A stretch of 33,599 nucleotides of DNA from a virus. Taxonomy: Duplodnaviria > Caudoviricetes. The stretch lies in IMG/VR virus record IMGVR_UViG_3300048849_000153, positions 1 to 33,599 of that record; one strand, written 5' to 3'. Under the pieces are notes generated by a model. That model did no database searches, was not told the DNA's origin, and worked only from the letters and a program-made list of their open reading frames with translations. Shown here piece by piece: positions 7,270 to 16,282 of the stretch. The position numbers were made by a program, and so were the translations under genes. The number at the start of each line of letters is the position of its first letter. Positions within the stretch are counted from its first letter, which is position 1.

Positions 7270-10142
7270 CACAGCCCCGCCTTCGTCAGCGCCCACGTCG
7301 TGGCGTCCGCGACGTCCTGCGGGGTGCCCTCCACCACGCGCTCCACGTGCAGCTGCACGAGCGGCCCCTCCCTGACGGTCTGCGTCGCGCCGAGCACGGC
7401 GCCGTCGGCCATCGGCAGGTACCGGGCGCCCATGCGGCGGGCGCCCTCAGCCATGAGCGCGTGCGAGCGCGCCGACCCGTCCAGGGGTGCGAACAGCTCG
7501 TCGCCGTGGGGTCGGTCACCCACGACCCGCCACGTGTTCGGCGGAACGATCTGCGCCAGGGAGCCCGACATCGGGTTGAGGTTGCCTCGGGCGTTGAACT
7601 GCAGAAGGTTGCCCTGGGCGTTCCCGAACGCAGAGTTGATCTTGGCGATGGGAGACATGACGATGTTGTCCACCGTCGTCATCGCCAGACGCAGCCGGGC
7701 GAGGTCGGCCTCGGCTTCCGCCACACCACTGATCGTCACGATCGGGTTCGGCCGCGCCAGGCCGACAGCGTCCAGCGTGCCCTTGAGCGTGTCCGTCTTC
7801 GACTGCGCGTCCGCCGTCTCCGCGGCCAGGACCGTGTCGACCCGGCCTGGAACCGCGCCGTACGTGCCGATTAGGGCCTCGGCCTGCTCTCGTGTCAGGC
7901 CCATCGCCTCGAGCTGCTGGATGAGTGCTTCGCGGCCCTCGTCGTACCGGGCCGTGAGGTCGGCCTGGGTCCCGCCCGCGAGGGATGATGCCTCGGTCTG
8001 CGCGTCCAGGCCTGCGACGACCGCGCGGATCTGCTCGTCGAGCGCGGTGCCCGCGGACACGGTGCCGTCCTGGGCCACGGTGAACGCGTCGAGCAGCTGG
8101 GTAGTCCCGTCGGCGGCGTACCCGACGGCGTCGATGTCGTTCGCGAGTGCGGTCGTCGCGTCGTGCACGCGGGCGTCATCGAGGAACCCGTCGCCGAACG
8201 TGTTCAGGCGGTCCTGCGCGGGCTTGAGTCCCTGCTCGATGAGCTTCTCGCGGATGGTGTCGGCTGCCGTGCCGGTGGTCTCATCGAAGCCCCGCATCGA
8301 CTCGGCGGCGTCACGCATGGACTGCTCGGCATCGCCGACGTCGATGCCCGGGATGTTGTCGATCCCGTTCAGCACCGCGGCCAGGCCATCGACCAGCTCG
8401 GCCAGCGGGCCGGAGACGAAGGTCCCCACGGCCTCGGTGGAGACCGCGACCCCCTCGACGAACGCGATGCCGAACTCGATCGCGCCGTTCGCCAGTCCGA
8501 GCATGAACTCGAGCACGCCGGCGCGGTTCTGGGTGACCCAGTCGGCGAGCTCACCGAGCGGCTCACCGAACGCCGAGGCAAGGGCGCCCTTGATGCCCTC
8601 GGACGCGACGGCGATGTTCCGCTGCGCCTCCTCGAGCTTCGTGGCGTCGTTGTCGGCCAGGGTGTCGAACATCCGCTGCGCGGCACCGGTGACCCCGTTG
8701 AGCGAGTCGACCGCGGTGGTGAGGTCCATCGCGAACAGCGCGTCGCCGAGGTCCTCGGCCTGCGTGCCGAACAGCCCGACGGCGGCCGCGTTGCGCGCGA
8801 CCGGGTCCTCCATCTCTCGCAGCCCCGCGAGGACCTGGTCAAGGCCCTCACGCGCGCCAGAGCCGCCGGCGGCGATCTTCGCGGTCATGTCCTCGGCGTC
8901 CAGGCCGAGCGTGCGGAAGGCGGCGGCGGACGTCTCGCTGCCGTCGGTGGCGCGGATTTGGAACTCCTTGAGCGCGTCCGCTGCGAGATCGCTGTTGCGT
9001 GCACCCGCCTCGAGCCCCTGGTTGATCAGACCGAGCGCCTCGGGCCCGGACAGGCCGAGCCGCGCGAACAGCGCGGGGTACTCGGTGAGCGTGTCGAGCA
9101 GGTCCTCGCTGGCGTTGACGCCCTCGCGCGCACCGGTCGCGAGAAGGTCGAACGCCTCGTCGGCGGACTTCGCCAGGCCGGTGCGCAGCAGCTGTGTGAC
9201 GACGACCGACACCGGACGCACGTCCTCCTCGAGCACGTCCGAGATCCCAGCGAGCGACTGCACCACCTTCTGCGCGTCCCGGGACGTCGCATCCGGGTCG
9301 AGAAGACCCTGCTGAAGCGCGATCCGCGCCGTGTCCATGTTCGCCTCAATGGACTCCCCGAACACGTTCGCGTAGGCCTCGCCGGACGCGCGCGCGATCC
9401 GGGACGCGGACACCTCGTCGATCCCGGTGAGCGCCTGCAGGCGGTCCTGCCGGACCTCGACCTGCAGGCCATCGTTGATGCCGCCGATCACGGCCTTGCC
9501 GATCGCGGTGGCGGCCAGGATGATCCCGCCGGCCACGGGGATGGCCGTCAGGGCGGACTCGAGGGTGTCGCCGATCTCGCCACCGACGGCCTTGCCGACG
9601 AGCTCGCCAGCCCCGCGGGTGGCCCCGTCGAGGTTGTCGGCGAGGCCCTTGCCTGCTCGGCGCCCGGCCTCGTCCCCCTCGGCCTCGGCCGTCGCGGGGA
9701 GGGACTTGAGGGCCGCCTCTGCGCCGGAGGTGTCGGCGTCGACCTCCATCGTCTCCTTCGCGGAGACCAGGGCGTCGCGGCGACGGGTGATCTGCTGGAG
9801 CGCGGTCTCGGCGCGCTTGATGTCGGCCGTGACCTCCATCGTGGACTCGACGGACCGTAGGTAGTCGAGACGCTCCTGCACCTTCCCGAGGCCGGTCTCG
9901 GCCCGCTCGATGTTCGCGTCGACGGTCGCCATCGTCTTCGCTGAGACGATCTTCTTCGCCTCGGCCTCGACGCGATCCATCGCCGCGATGGCGCCGGACG
10001 CGTCGCCGTCGACCTTCTGCTTGACCGGCTTGTTCTCGATCTTCTTGGCGCGGTCCTCGACCTTCTTCGACGCGTCGTCGACGGGCTTGGTGTTCGCCGT
10101 GAAGAGGACTTCGAGCTCGGTCACCGTCGCCTTGGTCGACAC
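7269..10142 (-). CDS. Tape measure protein
   Basis: 957 aa, Ala/Gly-rich helical; EDLLDTLTEY, ADALKEFQIR, GLFGTQAEDLG motifs; follows tail chaperones. Confidence 0.96.
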   Translation of the reverse strand: MSTKATVTELEVLFTANTKPVDDASKKVEDRAKKIENKPVKQKVDGDASGAIAAMDRVEAEAKKIVSAKTMATVDANIERAETGLGKVQERLDYLRSVESTMEVTADIKRAETALQQITRRRDALVSAKETMEVDADTSGAEAALKSLPATAEAEGDEAGRRAGKGLADNLDGATRGAGELVGKAVGGEIGDTLESALTAIPVAGGIILAATAIGKAVIGGINDGLQVEVRQDRLQALTGIDEVSASRIARASGEAYANVFGESIEANMDTARIALQQGLLDPDATSRDAQKVVQSLAGISDVLEEDVRPVSVVVTQLLRTGLAKSADEAFDLLATGAREGVNASEDLLDTLTEYPALFARLGLSGPEALGLINQGLEAGARNSDLAADALKEFQIRATDGSETSAAAFRTLGLDAEDMTAKIAAGGSGAREGLDQVLAGLREMEDPVARNAAAVGLFGTQAEDLGDALFAMDLTTAVDSLNGVTGAAQRMFDTLADNDATKLEEAQRNIAVASEGIKGALASAFGEPLGELADWVTQNRAGVLEFMLGLANGAIEFGIAFVEGVAVSTEAVGTFVSGPLAELVDGLAAVLNGIDNIPGIDVGDAEQSMRDAAESMRGFDETTGTAADTIREKLIEQGLKPAQDRLNTFGDGFLDDARVHDATTALANDIDAVGYAADGTTQLLDAFTVAQDGTVSAGTALDEQIRAVVAGLDAQTEASSLAGGTQADLTARYDEGREALIQQLEAMGLTREQAEALIGTYGAVPGRVDTVLAAETADAQSKTDTLKGTLDAVGLARPNPIVTISGVAEAEADLARLRLAMTTVDNIVMSPIAKINSAFGNAQGNLLQFNARGNLNPMSGSLAQIVPPNTWRVVGDRPHGDELFAPLDGSARSHALMAEGARRMGARYLPMADGAVLGATQTVREGPLVQLHVERVVEGTPQDVADATTWALTKAGL

Positions 10143-10146
10143 GCGA

Positions 10147-10476
10147 TCACCCCTTCTGGATGGTGAGGACCCGTCGTAGCCGGGACTCGGGCATGTCGAG
10201 GAGGGCGAAGATCATGGTCCGGACGCCGGGCCAGGGGCGGTCGAGCACCGCCGGGTCGTACAGGTCGACGCCGAAGTGCTGGGCGAGGTCGGCCACGACG
10301 ACTCGCCAGTGGGTGACGATCGCCAGCAGCGAGCCGTCGACCTCGGGGGCCTTCGCCTCGGCCGCGACCTGTGCGGGCCGCATCGACTCGGGGACGGGGC
10401 GGTAGTCCTGATACCAGCCGTCTGCGTCGGGCTCACCGATGCCGTAGGGCGCCCAGTCCTCGGCGGTGATCAGCCT
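10147..10476 (-). CDS. Tail assembly chaperone C-terminal part (gpT-like), reached by -1 frameshift
   Basis: -1 frame after CCCAAAA reads RLITAEDWAPYGIGEPDADGWYQDYRP...RLRRVLTIQKG. Confidence 0.85.
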   Translation of the reverse strand, partial: RLITAEDWAPYGIGEPDADGWYQDYRPVPESMRPAQVAAEAKAPEVDGSLLAIVTHWRVVVADLAQHFGVDLYDPAVLDRPWPGVRTMIFALLDMPESRLRRVLTIQKG

Positions 10477-10871
10477 TTTGGGGCGCCGGGTTCACCGGCC
10501 TCCTCGGTGGCGGCCGGCGTCCACAGCAACTTGGCGAGCGCGTCCGCGTAGGCCTTGCCGCGCGCCCAGTAGAAGACCGCGTAGTAGGCCATCCGGTCCA
10601 CCACCACCTGCGGCGTGCCAGCCGCGGCGAGCTGGTCGTGCACCGGCCCGAGCGCTGGGTGCTCGTCGGGGCCGACGTCGTCGAGGACTGACTGCACCTC
10701 GGGCGGGACCTCGCCCTTGACCAGGCCCAGGTTGACCTCGGCGCGCACGGCGGCGGCGAGTACCTGCCGCATGGCCCGGACGCTCGGGGGCGGCGCCGTG
10801 TAGGTGCGGCCCCCGAGCGTCAGGGTGAGGCCGTCGACCGCGGCCCACTCCTCGAAGTCGACAGCGGGCAT
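10470..10871 (-). CDS. Tail assembly chaperone (gpG-like)
   Basis: Between major tail and tape measure genes; ends GAPKG at slippery site. Confidence 0.88.
   Translation of the reverse strand: MPAVDFEEWAAVDGLTLTLGGRTYTAPPPSVRAMRQVLAAAVRAEVNLGLVKGEVPPEVQSVLDDVGPDEHPALGPVHDQLAAAGTPQVVVDRMAYYAVFYWARGKAYADALAKLLWTPAATEEAGEPGAPKG
10476..10482 (-). other. Programmed -1 ribosomal frameshift heptamer C CCA AAA
   Basis: X XXY YYZ pattern in the correct frame, one codon before the stop. Confidence 0.85.
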
Positions 10872-10875
10872 CGGC

Positions 10876-11631
10876 TCAGACCGTGCGCGTGTACGCGACG
10901 GCGTTCGACTCGCCGCCCAGGGTGGTGACCGTGACGTTCACCGACCCCGCGCTGCCAACGGGCAGGGAAGCGATGATCGTCGCGCCGTTCGCCACGACGA
11001 AGTCCGCGGCCGGGGTCGCGCCGAACTCGACGGCGGTCGCGCCGAGGAAGCCGGTGCCCGTCAGCGTCACCAGGTCGCCGGCGCCCTCGCCCTCCGGGGT
11101 GATCGACGCGAGCACGGGCTCGGTGACGTCCCACCCGGCGAACGGGTTGGTGATCGACTCGAACGGGCCCTGCCCGGTGAGGGTCACGTTGAACACCTCG
11201 ATCTCCGCGTTGCCGGTGTTCTGGCGCGTGAGCTCGACGCGGCAGGTCGCCCGGCCGGCGTCGGTCGGGTTCGGGGTGCCGATCTCCGGCTTGTGGTACC
11301 AGCGGATGTCGACCACCGCAGCCTCGACGGTGCCCTTCGCCGCGGCGAGCAGCGCCTCGACCTCCGGCAGGAACAGCCCGCTGGTCAGCGAACGGTTGCC
11401 CTGGACGGTGAACGACGTCGCGAACGACCGCGCCGTGATCGCCTCGTTCGTCGCGCCCAGGTCGTCGTAGGTCGCCTGGTCCTGCGTGGTCCCCGGGTAG
11501 GTCGGGGCCCACGCGCTGATCCGCCGGATCGGCTGCCAGGACGGCGACCCCGCGGTGCCCAGGTTGATGTCCAGGCCGTACTCGAAGGACTTGCCGAGCG
11601 TGGTGCCGGCGGGAAGGGGAACGACGCTCAT
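10876..11631 (-). CDS. Major tail (tube) protein with C-terminal IPT/TIG Ig-like domain
   Basis: DQATYDD tube motif; C-terminal PVLASITPEG..GDLVTLTGTGF.GATAVEFG...VNVTVTT.GGES. Confidence 0.92.
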   Translation of the reverse strand: MSVVPLPAGTTLGKSFEYGLDINLGTAGSPSWQPIRRISAWAPTYPGTTQDQATYDDLGATNEAITARSFATSFTVQGNRSLTSGLFLPEVEALLAAAKGTVEAAVVDIRWYHKPEIGTPNPTDAGRATCRVELTRQNTGNAEIEVFNVTLTGQGPFESITNPFAGWDVTEPVLASITPEGEGAGDLVTLTGTGFLGATAVEFGATPAADFVVANGATIIASLPVGSAGSVNVTVTTLGGESNAVAYTRTV

Positions 11632-11933
11632 GACTGCTCCTCGGTGTGGTCGGCGTCAGGTGTGTCCAGCGGCACCGAGTCGGGGCCGTAGGCGGTCGCC
11701 GGAAGGTCCGGCAGGGCTGCCGGGTCGGCAACCGGGTCGTGCGCCCGCTCGACGAGCAGGGGAGTGAGGGCCGAGCCCCCAGGGGCGACCTCGATCGACA
11801 CGCCAGCGCGCCTCGCGGTCTCGCGGAGGAGCGCCTCGGATCGGGCTCGGGCGGCGCGTGAACCCGGGATGTAGACCTCGCCCTTCGGGGCGGGCATCCC
11901 GGCCTCGCGGTAGCGGTCAGCGGTCGACTTCAT
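11628..11933 (-). CDS. Hypothetical virion-module protein
   Basis: ATGA overlaps with both neighbours. Confidence 0.7.
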   Translation of the reverse strand: MKSTADRYREAGMPAPKGEVYIPGSRAARARSEALLRETARRAGVSIEVAPGGSALTPLLVERAHDPVADPAALPDLPATAYGPDSVPLDTPDADHTEEQS

Positions 11934-12343
11934 GTCCCTACCTCCGGGTTATCCAGGTGCACGGTGTAGTTCTCCGACCGCTCCTCGCGTCCGTTCGTGT
12001 CCGCACCCAGCGGGCCGAACGTGCTCCGCTGGATCCAGGAGATCCCGCGGACTCGGCATCGGCCCTGCAGCAGCGCGAAGGCGAACCCGGAGATCCGGTC
12101 GGCGTCGTCCTTGTCGTTGCGTGCGCCGCGGATGCGCAGCTGGACGGACCGCACCGGTTCGTACACCAGCGGGTCCGAGCCGCCGTATACGCGCACCCCG
12201 ATCGCGCGATCCGGGGTCTCGGGGATGTCGCCGTAGATGATGCCGACCATCCCGGAGGGAGTCCCGGTCGTCGTTGACCAGTGCCACCCCGGGACTTCGC
12301 CGAGCATCTCGCAGAGCGCGACCGTCAGAGCCGCGTCGTCCAT
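11930..12343 (-). CDS. Tail terminator/completion protein
   Basis: IIYGDIPETPDRAIGV, VQLRIRG, PLGADTNGREERSENY motifs; position. Confidence 0.85.
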   Translation of the reverse strand: MDDAALTVALCEMLGEVPGWHWSTTTGTPSGMVGIIYGDIPETPDRAIGVRVYGGSDPLVYEPVRSVQLRIRGARNDKDDADRISGFAFALLQGRCRVRGISWIQRSTFGPLGADTNGREERSENYTVHLDNPEVGT

Positions 12344-12660
12344 CACCGCAGCCTCGCCTGGACGCCGGAGATGATGTCGGCCTCGACGCCCACCTCGTCG
12401 ACCGCACGCTCCAGGTACTTCGCCTCTCCGTCGTCGTGCTGGTAGTCCAGGCGCTCGTGCTGGATCCAAGCGATCGGGTCACGGAAGACCACGCGCACGG
12501 TCACGTCGTCGACGAGGACCCGGCCGGAGCGCTGCAGCGTGCCGAACTCCTTCGGCGCCTTCTGCTTCGCGAGCTTGAGGACGTCCTTGGCGGTGTCACG
12601 CAGCGCCTCGCGGGCCGCCTTCTCGATCTCGGTCAGCTTCGCGTTGTTCTGCTTCACCAT
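12343..12660 (-). CDS. HK97 gp10-like tail completion/neck protein
   Basis: APKEFGTLQRSG, IQHERLDYQH..GEAKYLE motifs. Confidence 0.85.
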   Translation of the reverse strand: MVKQNNAKLTEIEKAAREALRDTAKDVLKLAKQKAPKEFGTLQRSGRVLVDDVTVRVVFRDPIAWIQHERLDYQHDDGEAKYLERAVDEVGVEADIISGVQARLR

Positions 12661-12672
12661 GGGGCGGGCCTC

Positions 12673-12996
12673 CTACTCCAGTCGCAGCAGCAGGTGCGCG
12701 TCGAGCGGCGGAGCGTGCGGATTCACGGCCGCGCTGAGCACCCGTGCCTCACGCTCGTAGGGCTGCCCCGGCCACACCGAGACCAGCGACCCCAGCGGGA
12801 CGTGCTCCGGCAGGGCGATCGTGACCCGGGTGGACGAGACGACCTCACGGCCGTCGGTGTCGCGCACGAGCGTCTGCTCGTCGATGACTTCGGCCGCGAC
12901 GGTGCGTGGCGGGCCGTAGGTCGAGCCCATGCCGCCCGTGCCCGTCAGGTCCCGGATGCTGACCGTGTGTGGGTACCAGAACGCGCCCCAGCTCAC
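12673..12996 (-). CDS. Head-to-tail stopper
   Basis: HTVSI...G..GSTYG...LVRDTDGREVVSST motif; GTGA overlap. Confidence 0.85.
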   Translation of the reverse strand: MSWGAFWYPHTVSIRDLTGTGGMGSTYGPPRTVAAEVIDEQTLVRDTDGREVVSSTRVTIALPEHVPLGSLVSVWPGQPYEREARVLSAAVNPHAPPLDAHLLLRLE

Positions 12997-13358
12997 GGGT
13001 ACTCCTCCGGCGGCCAGATGCGGCACGCGACAGTCGAGACCGGGAAGTGCCCGACCGGAGTGCCCGCGGACGCCGCACTCGTCGAGCACAGCGCCCGCAG
13101 CGAGGACCGGTCGTCCGCCGTGAACGCCGACGTGAAGTCCGCCCACGTCACGCTCGTGCCGTTGCGGGACTGCGACCGCATCCGGCCCGTGCCGGCGGCA
13201 GGGACCTCGGCCAAGACGCCCTTGAGGATTGCGATCGCGTCCAGGCGGGGCTCGCCGGTCAGGGAGTCGAGGCAGGGGGCGATGGAGCGCGCCGCGGCGA
13301 TCAGGCGCCGCGCCGTGTCAGGATCGCCGGACAGGTCACTCGGTGCGATCATCTCCAC
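12993..13358 (-). CDS. Head-to-tail adaptor
   Basis: ARSIAPCL...AILKG...FTADDRSSLRALC motif; position after capsid. Confidence 0.8.
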   Translation of the reverse strand: MEMIAPSDLSGDPDTARRLIAAARSIAPCLDSLTGEPRLDAIAILKGVLAEVPAAGTGRMRSQSRNGTSVTWADFTSAFTADDRSSLRALCSTSAASAGTPVGHFPVSTVACRIWPPEEYP

Positions 13359-13370
13359 CGCCCCCTCTCG

Positions 13371-13709
13371 TCACTCGCCGGCGGGTGTCTCGACGATCGC
13401 CTTCACGGCGTCCAGGTCGACGTCCTCGGGGACCTCGCGGCCCAGGGCCTGCGCGTACTCGACCCACTTCGCGAGGCCCGCGTTGCCGCGGGGCCGCTTC
13501 GGGGTCTCGTCGCCGTCACCGGCGCCGTCGTTCTCGTCGTCGGTGTCCGGGTCGGACTCGGCGACGGTCTCGATGAGGTCGTTCGCGCGCAGGTGCTCGA
13601 GGACGTCCTCGGCGACACCCTTGGGCAGGGCCGCGCCCCGCTCTACGAAGAACGCCCGGCCCCCCGCGATGACCTGCACCGCGGGGCTCGTCACCACGTG
13701 GCCGGCCAT
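13371..13709 (-). CDS. Hypothetical protein after major capsid gene
   Basis: TGATG overlap with capsid stop; RGAALP..V motif, acidic linker, KRPRGNAGLAKWVEYA helical end. Confidence 0.75.
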   Translation of the reverse strand: MAGHVVTSPAVQVIAGGRAFFVERGAALPKGVAEDVLEHLRANDLIETVAESDPDTDDENDGAGDGDETPKRPRGNAGLAKWVEYAQALGREVPEDVDLDAVKAIVETPAGE

Positions 13710-14635
13710 CACAGGCCCGTGCCGGTGATCTTGACGGCGGCCCCCGGGTTCACGACGATCGGCACGTCGGGCTTGCGGACCTGGATCCGGGTGGCGTCGT
13801 TCTTCTCGCGGAAGCGAGCGACCTCCACGTTGGAGCCGTTGTTCGCGGCGATCGAGCCGAGCGAGATGTACTCGGGCGAGGGGATGTCCTCGTGGCCGAT
13901 GCCGCCGAGCCGGTCGGCGTCCACGACGAGCGGGACCCAGCCGGCGGGCAGGTCGGGCGAGCTGACCCAGTCGACCCCGAGGATGTTCGGGAACGAGCCC
14001 GCGAGGATCGGGTTCCCGGCCTCGCGCGGCAGGAGCGGGAGCAGCACCGGCGCGGCCGCGGCCCACTGCGTGTCCGTCAGGACGACGCTGGTGGCGCGGT
14101 AGCCCCGCTGCTTGCCCTTGATCGCGGCCTTCGCGGCCTCGACGTTCGCGACGATCGTCGCCGCGCTGGTCCACGCACCACCGGCGGTCGTCCCGGTCAC
14201 GACCGAGACGATCGCCGAGATCGACGCGGCGTCGAACTGCGAGATCAGGTCGTAGGCGAGCATCTGGATCGCGCGCTCGATCGGGTCCATCCGCGTGCGA
14301 CCGACCTGCTCGTCGGCGATCTCGGTGCCGAGGCCCTTCTTGAGGGCCGCGACGAGGACCGCGACGTCCTGCGGGAGCGCCGTGAGCGGGTACTCGCCAC
14401 CCGGGGCGACGGTCTCGGCCTGCGAGCCGGAGGAGATCGCCTCGTCCGGGGTGTACGCGACCGCGCCACCGACCATCGTGTACTTGCCCCGGAGCAGGTA
14501 GTGGGCGAGGAAGTTGTGGTCGGCGAGGATCTCGGCGAAGCGCCGCGCGATCAGCGTCGGGGAGGCCAGGAAGGCCAGCGCCTGAGCGACGCTCACGTTG
14601 GTGAGCGTCGAGGCGGGGATCGGGTAGTTCAGCAT
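13709..14635 (-). CDS. Major capsid protein (HK97 fold)
   Basis: 308 aa; AETVAPGGEYP motif; ends PIVVNPGAAVKITG; position. Confidence 0.9.
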   Translation of the reverse strand: MLNYPIPASTLTNVSVAQALAFLASPTLIARRFAEILADHNFLAHYLLRGKYTMVGGAVAYTPDEAISSGSQAETVAPGGEYPLTALPQDVAVLVAALKKGLGTEIADEQVGRTRMDPIERAIQMLAYDLISQFDAASISAIVSVVTGTTAGGAWTSAATIVANVEAAKAAIKGKQRGYRATSVVLTDTQWAAAAPVLLPLLPREAGNPILAGSFPNILGVDWVSSPDLPAGWVPLVVDADRLGGIGHEDIPSPEYISLGSIAANNGSNVEVARFREKNDATRIQVRKPDVPIVVNPGAAVKITGTGL

Positions 14636-14648
14636 GAGAGTCCCTTCC

Positions 14649-15008
14649 TCAGGCTCGGACGATCTGGACGAGCTGGTCCGCCGCGGTCGCGGCGTTCAGC
14701 GAGAGGCCGAGCACGCGGCCGGTGGTGGCCGTCTGGGCCTTGCCGGCGGCGGCGGCCTCGACGTTGACGCCCGCCGCGATGGCGGCGGCCGCGACGACGG
14801 TGTCGACGGGGCCAGCGAGGTGCACGACGACCTGGTCGCCGATGGCGGCGTCGTGGCCGGCCGTGCCGATCGCCTTCGTGGAGGCGGCACCGGCGGTGCC
14901 GACCTGGCGGTTGCCGGTGACCTCGACGGCACGGCCGCCGGTGATCGCGGTCGTCGCGGCGAACGAGACGGCCTGGCCGGGCTTGAACAGGGGCAGGTGG
15001 TCGGCCAT
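14649..15008 (-). CDS. Capsid decoration/cement protein (DUF2190-like)
   Basis: PLFKPGQAVSFAA..AITGG..V, GTAGHDAAIGDQV, AAAIAAG motifs; RBS AAGGGAG. Confidence 0.82.
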   Translation of the reverse strand: MADHLPLFKPGQAVSFAATTAITGGRAVEVTGNRQVGTAGAASTKAIGTAGHDAAIGDQVVVHLAGPVDTVVAAAAIAAGVNVEAAAAGKAQTATTGRVLGLSLNAATAADQLVQIVRA

Positions 15009-15010
15009 GG

Positions 15011-15502
15011 TCAGGCTCCCTTCGGGGTTCCGTAGATCGAGCCGTACAGCGCGTCGTCCGCGCTGGCCTCCGGACCGGACTCGCCGATCTCGGTGACCGG
15101 GACGGCGGTGTTCTTCGGCATGGACTCGAGCAGCGACTTGGTGCCGTCCTCGTCCTTGTCGAGCTGGGCGCGCCACGCGTCGCGGGACGCCGGAGCGATC
15201 CGACCGTCGCCGAGCGCGGCGGCGACGATGCCGTCGCGGCGCTGGGAGTCGAGCGTCTCCGCCGCCTTGCGGCCGGCGGCAGCGTCCGCCACGAGCTGCT
15301 CGTGGACGGCCTTGTCGACGACGAGCGCGTCGGCGGGGAGGTTGCTGGTCACGTCCACGACCACGGTGCCCGCGGAGGTGGTGGTGCCGTCGGCCTGCTC
15401 CTTGAGAGCCTCGTCGAGCGCCGCGAGCAGCGTCTCGTCGGTGGCGTCGGCATCGGTCACGCCGAGCCGCTCGCGAAGGCCAGCCTTGAAGTCGCCGCTC
15501 AT
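15011..15502 (-). CDS. Probable nested in-frame scaffolding protein
   Basis: Strong internal RBS AAGGAG 6 nt before in-frame ATG (MSGDFKAGLRERLG). Confidence 0.7.
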   Translation of the reverse strand: MSGDFKAGLRERLGVTDADATDETLLAALDEALKEQADGTTTSAGTVVVDVTSNLPADALVVDKAVHEQLVADAAAGRKAAETLDSQRRDGIVAAALGDGRIAPASRDAWRAQLDKDEDGTKSLLESMPKNTAVPVTEIGESGPEASADDALYGSIYGTPKGA

Positions 15503-16282
15503 GGCGGACTCCTTCCGGTTGGGTTCACCCGGCTCGGACGAGACCGGGGGCTTGGGGGCGCGGCTGTACGCCGCGATCTGGGTGAGGAAGGCGGAGTCGT
15601 CGACGTCGTCGAGCGGGACCACGACGATCTCCGGCTCTTCCTCGCCGACGGTCTCGGCTTCGCCTGCGTCGGGGACCACGGCCACGCGGTCGGCCAGGCC
15701 GAGCTCGACGGACTCGGCAGCGGTGAGCCAGGTCTCCTCGGCGAGCAGCGCCGCCCAGTCGGCGTCACCAGCCTTCGCCTGGTAGATCTCGGTGATCGCT
15801 GCTTCGAAGGAGTCGAGGGTGTCGGCGGCCTTGCGCATCTCGACCGCGTTGCCCCAGACGATCGTGGACGGCGAGTGGATCATCATCTGCGTCCCGGGCG
15901 ACATCACGGCCTCGTCGCACCCGGCCGCGATGACCGAGGCGGCCGACGCCGCCATCCCGTCGACCACGGCGGTCACGCTGGCCTTGTGGGCTCGCAGCAT
16001 GTTCAGGATCGCGACGGCCTCGGTGACCTCGCCGCCGGGGGAGTTGACGCGCAGGATGATCTGGGTGACCGAGTCCGACAGGGCGTCGAGGACCTGACCG
16101 ACGTCCTTGGTGGAGATCCCCCAATACCCGCCGTAGGAGTCGATCGGCCCGTACATGCGGATGGTCGCCACCGTGCCCTCGCCGACGGGCGCCGGGGTCG
16201 TGATCGCGTCGAAGAACTCCGCCTTCGACTTCGGCAGGGGCCTGTTGCCCCAGAAGCGGTTCGCCCGCTTGGCGTCGGTCAT
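15011..16282 (-). CDS. ClpP-type head maturation protease fused to scaffold domain
   Basis: RVNSPGGEV, VDGMAASAASVI, MMIH, EETWLTAAESVELGLAD motifs; ATG 16282 overlaps portal stop. Confidence 0.93.
   Translation of the reverse strand: MTDAKRANRFWGNRPLPKSKAEFFDAITTPAPVGEGTVATIRMYGPIDSYGGYWGISTKDVGQVLDALSDSVTQIILRVNSPGGEVTEAVAILNMLRAHKASVTAVVDGMAASAASVIAAGCDEAVMSPGTQMMIHSPSTIVWGNAVEMRKAADTLDSFEAAITEIYQAKAGDADWAALLAEETWLTAAESVELGLADRVAVVPDAGEAETVGEEEPEIVVVPLDDVDDSAFLTQIAAYSRAPKPPVSSEPGEPNRKESAMSGDFKAGLRERLGVTDADATDETLLAALDEALKEQADGTTTSAGTVVVDVTSNLPADALVVDKAVHEQLVADAAAGRKAAETLDSQRRDGIVAAALGDGRIAPASRDAWRAQLDKDEDGTKSLLESMPKNTAVPVTEIGESGPEASADDALYGSIYGTPKGA

Noticed and set aside
6967-9860. 782-aa and 565-aa + strand ORFs
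   Set aside because: Antisense shadows of the tape measure gene, expected at high GC
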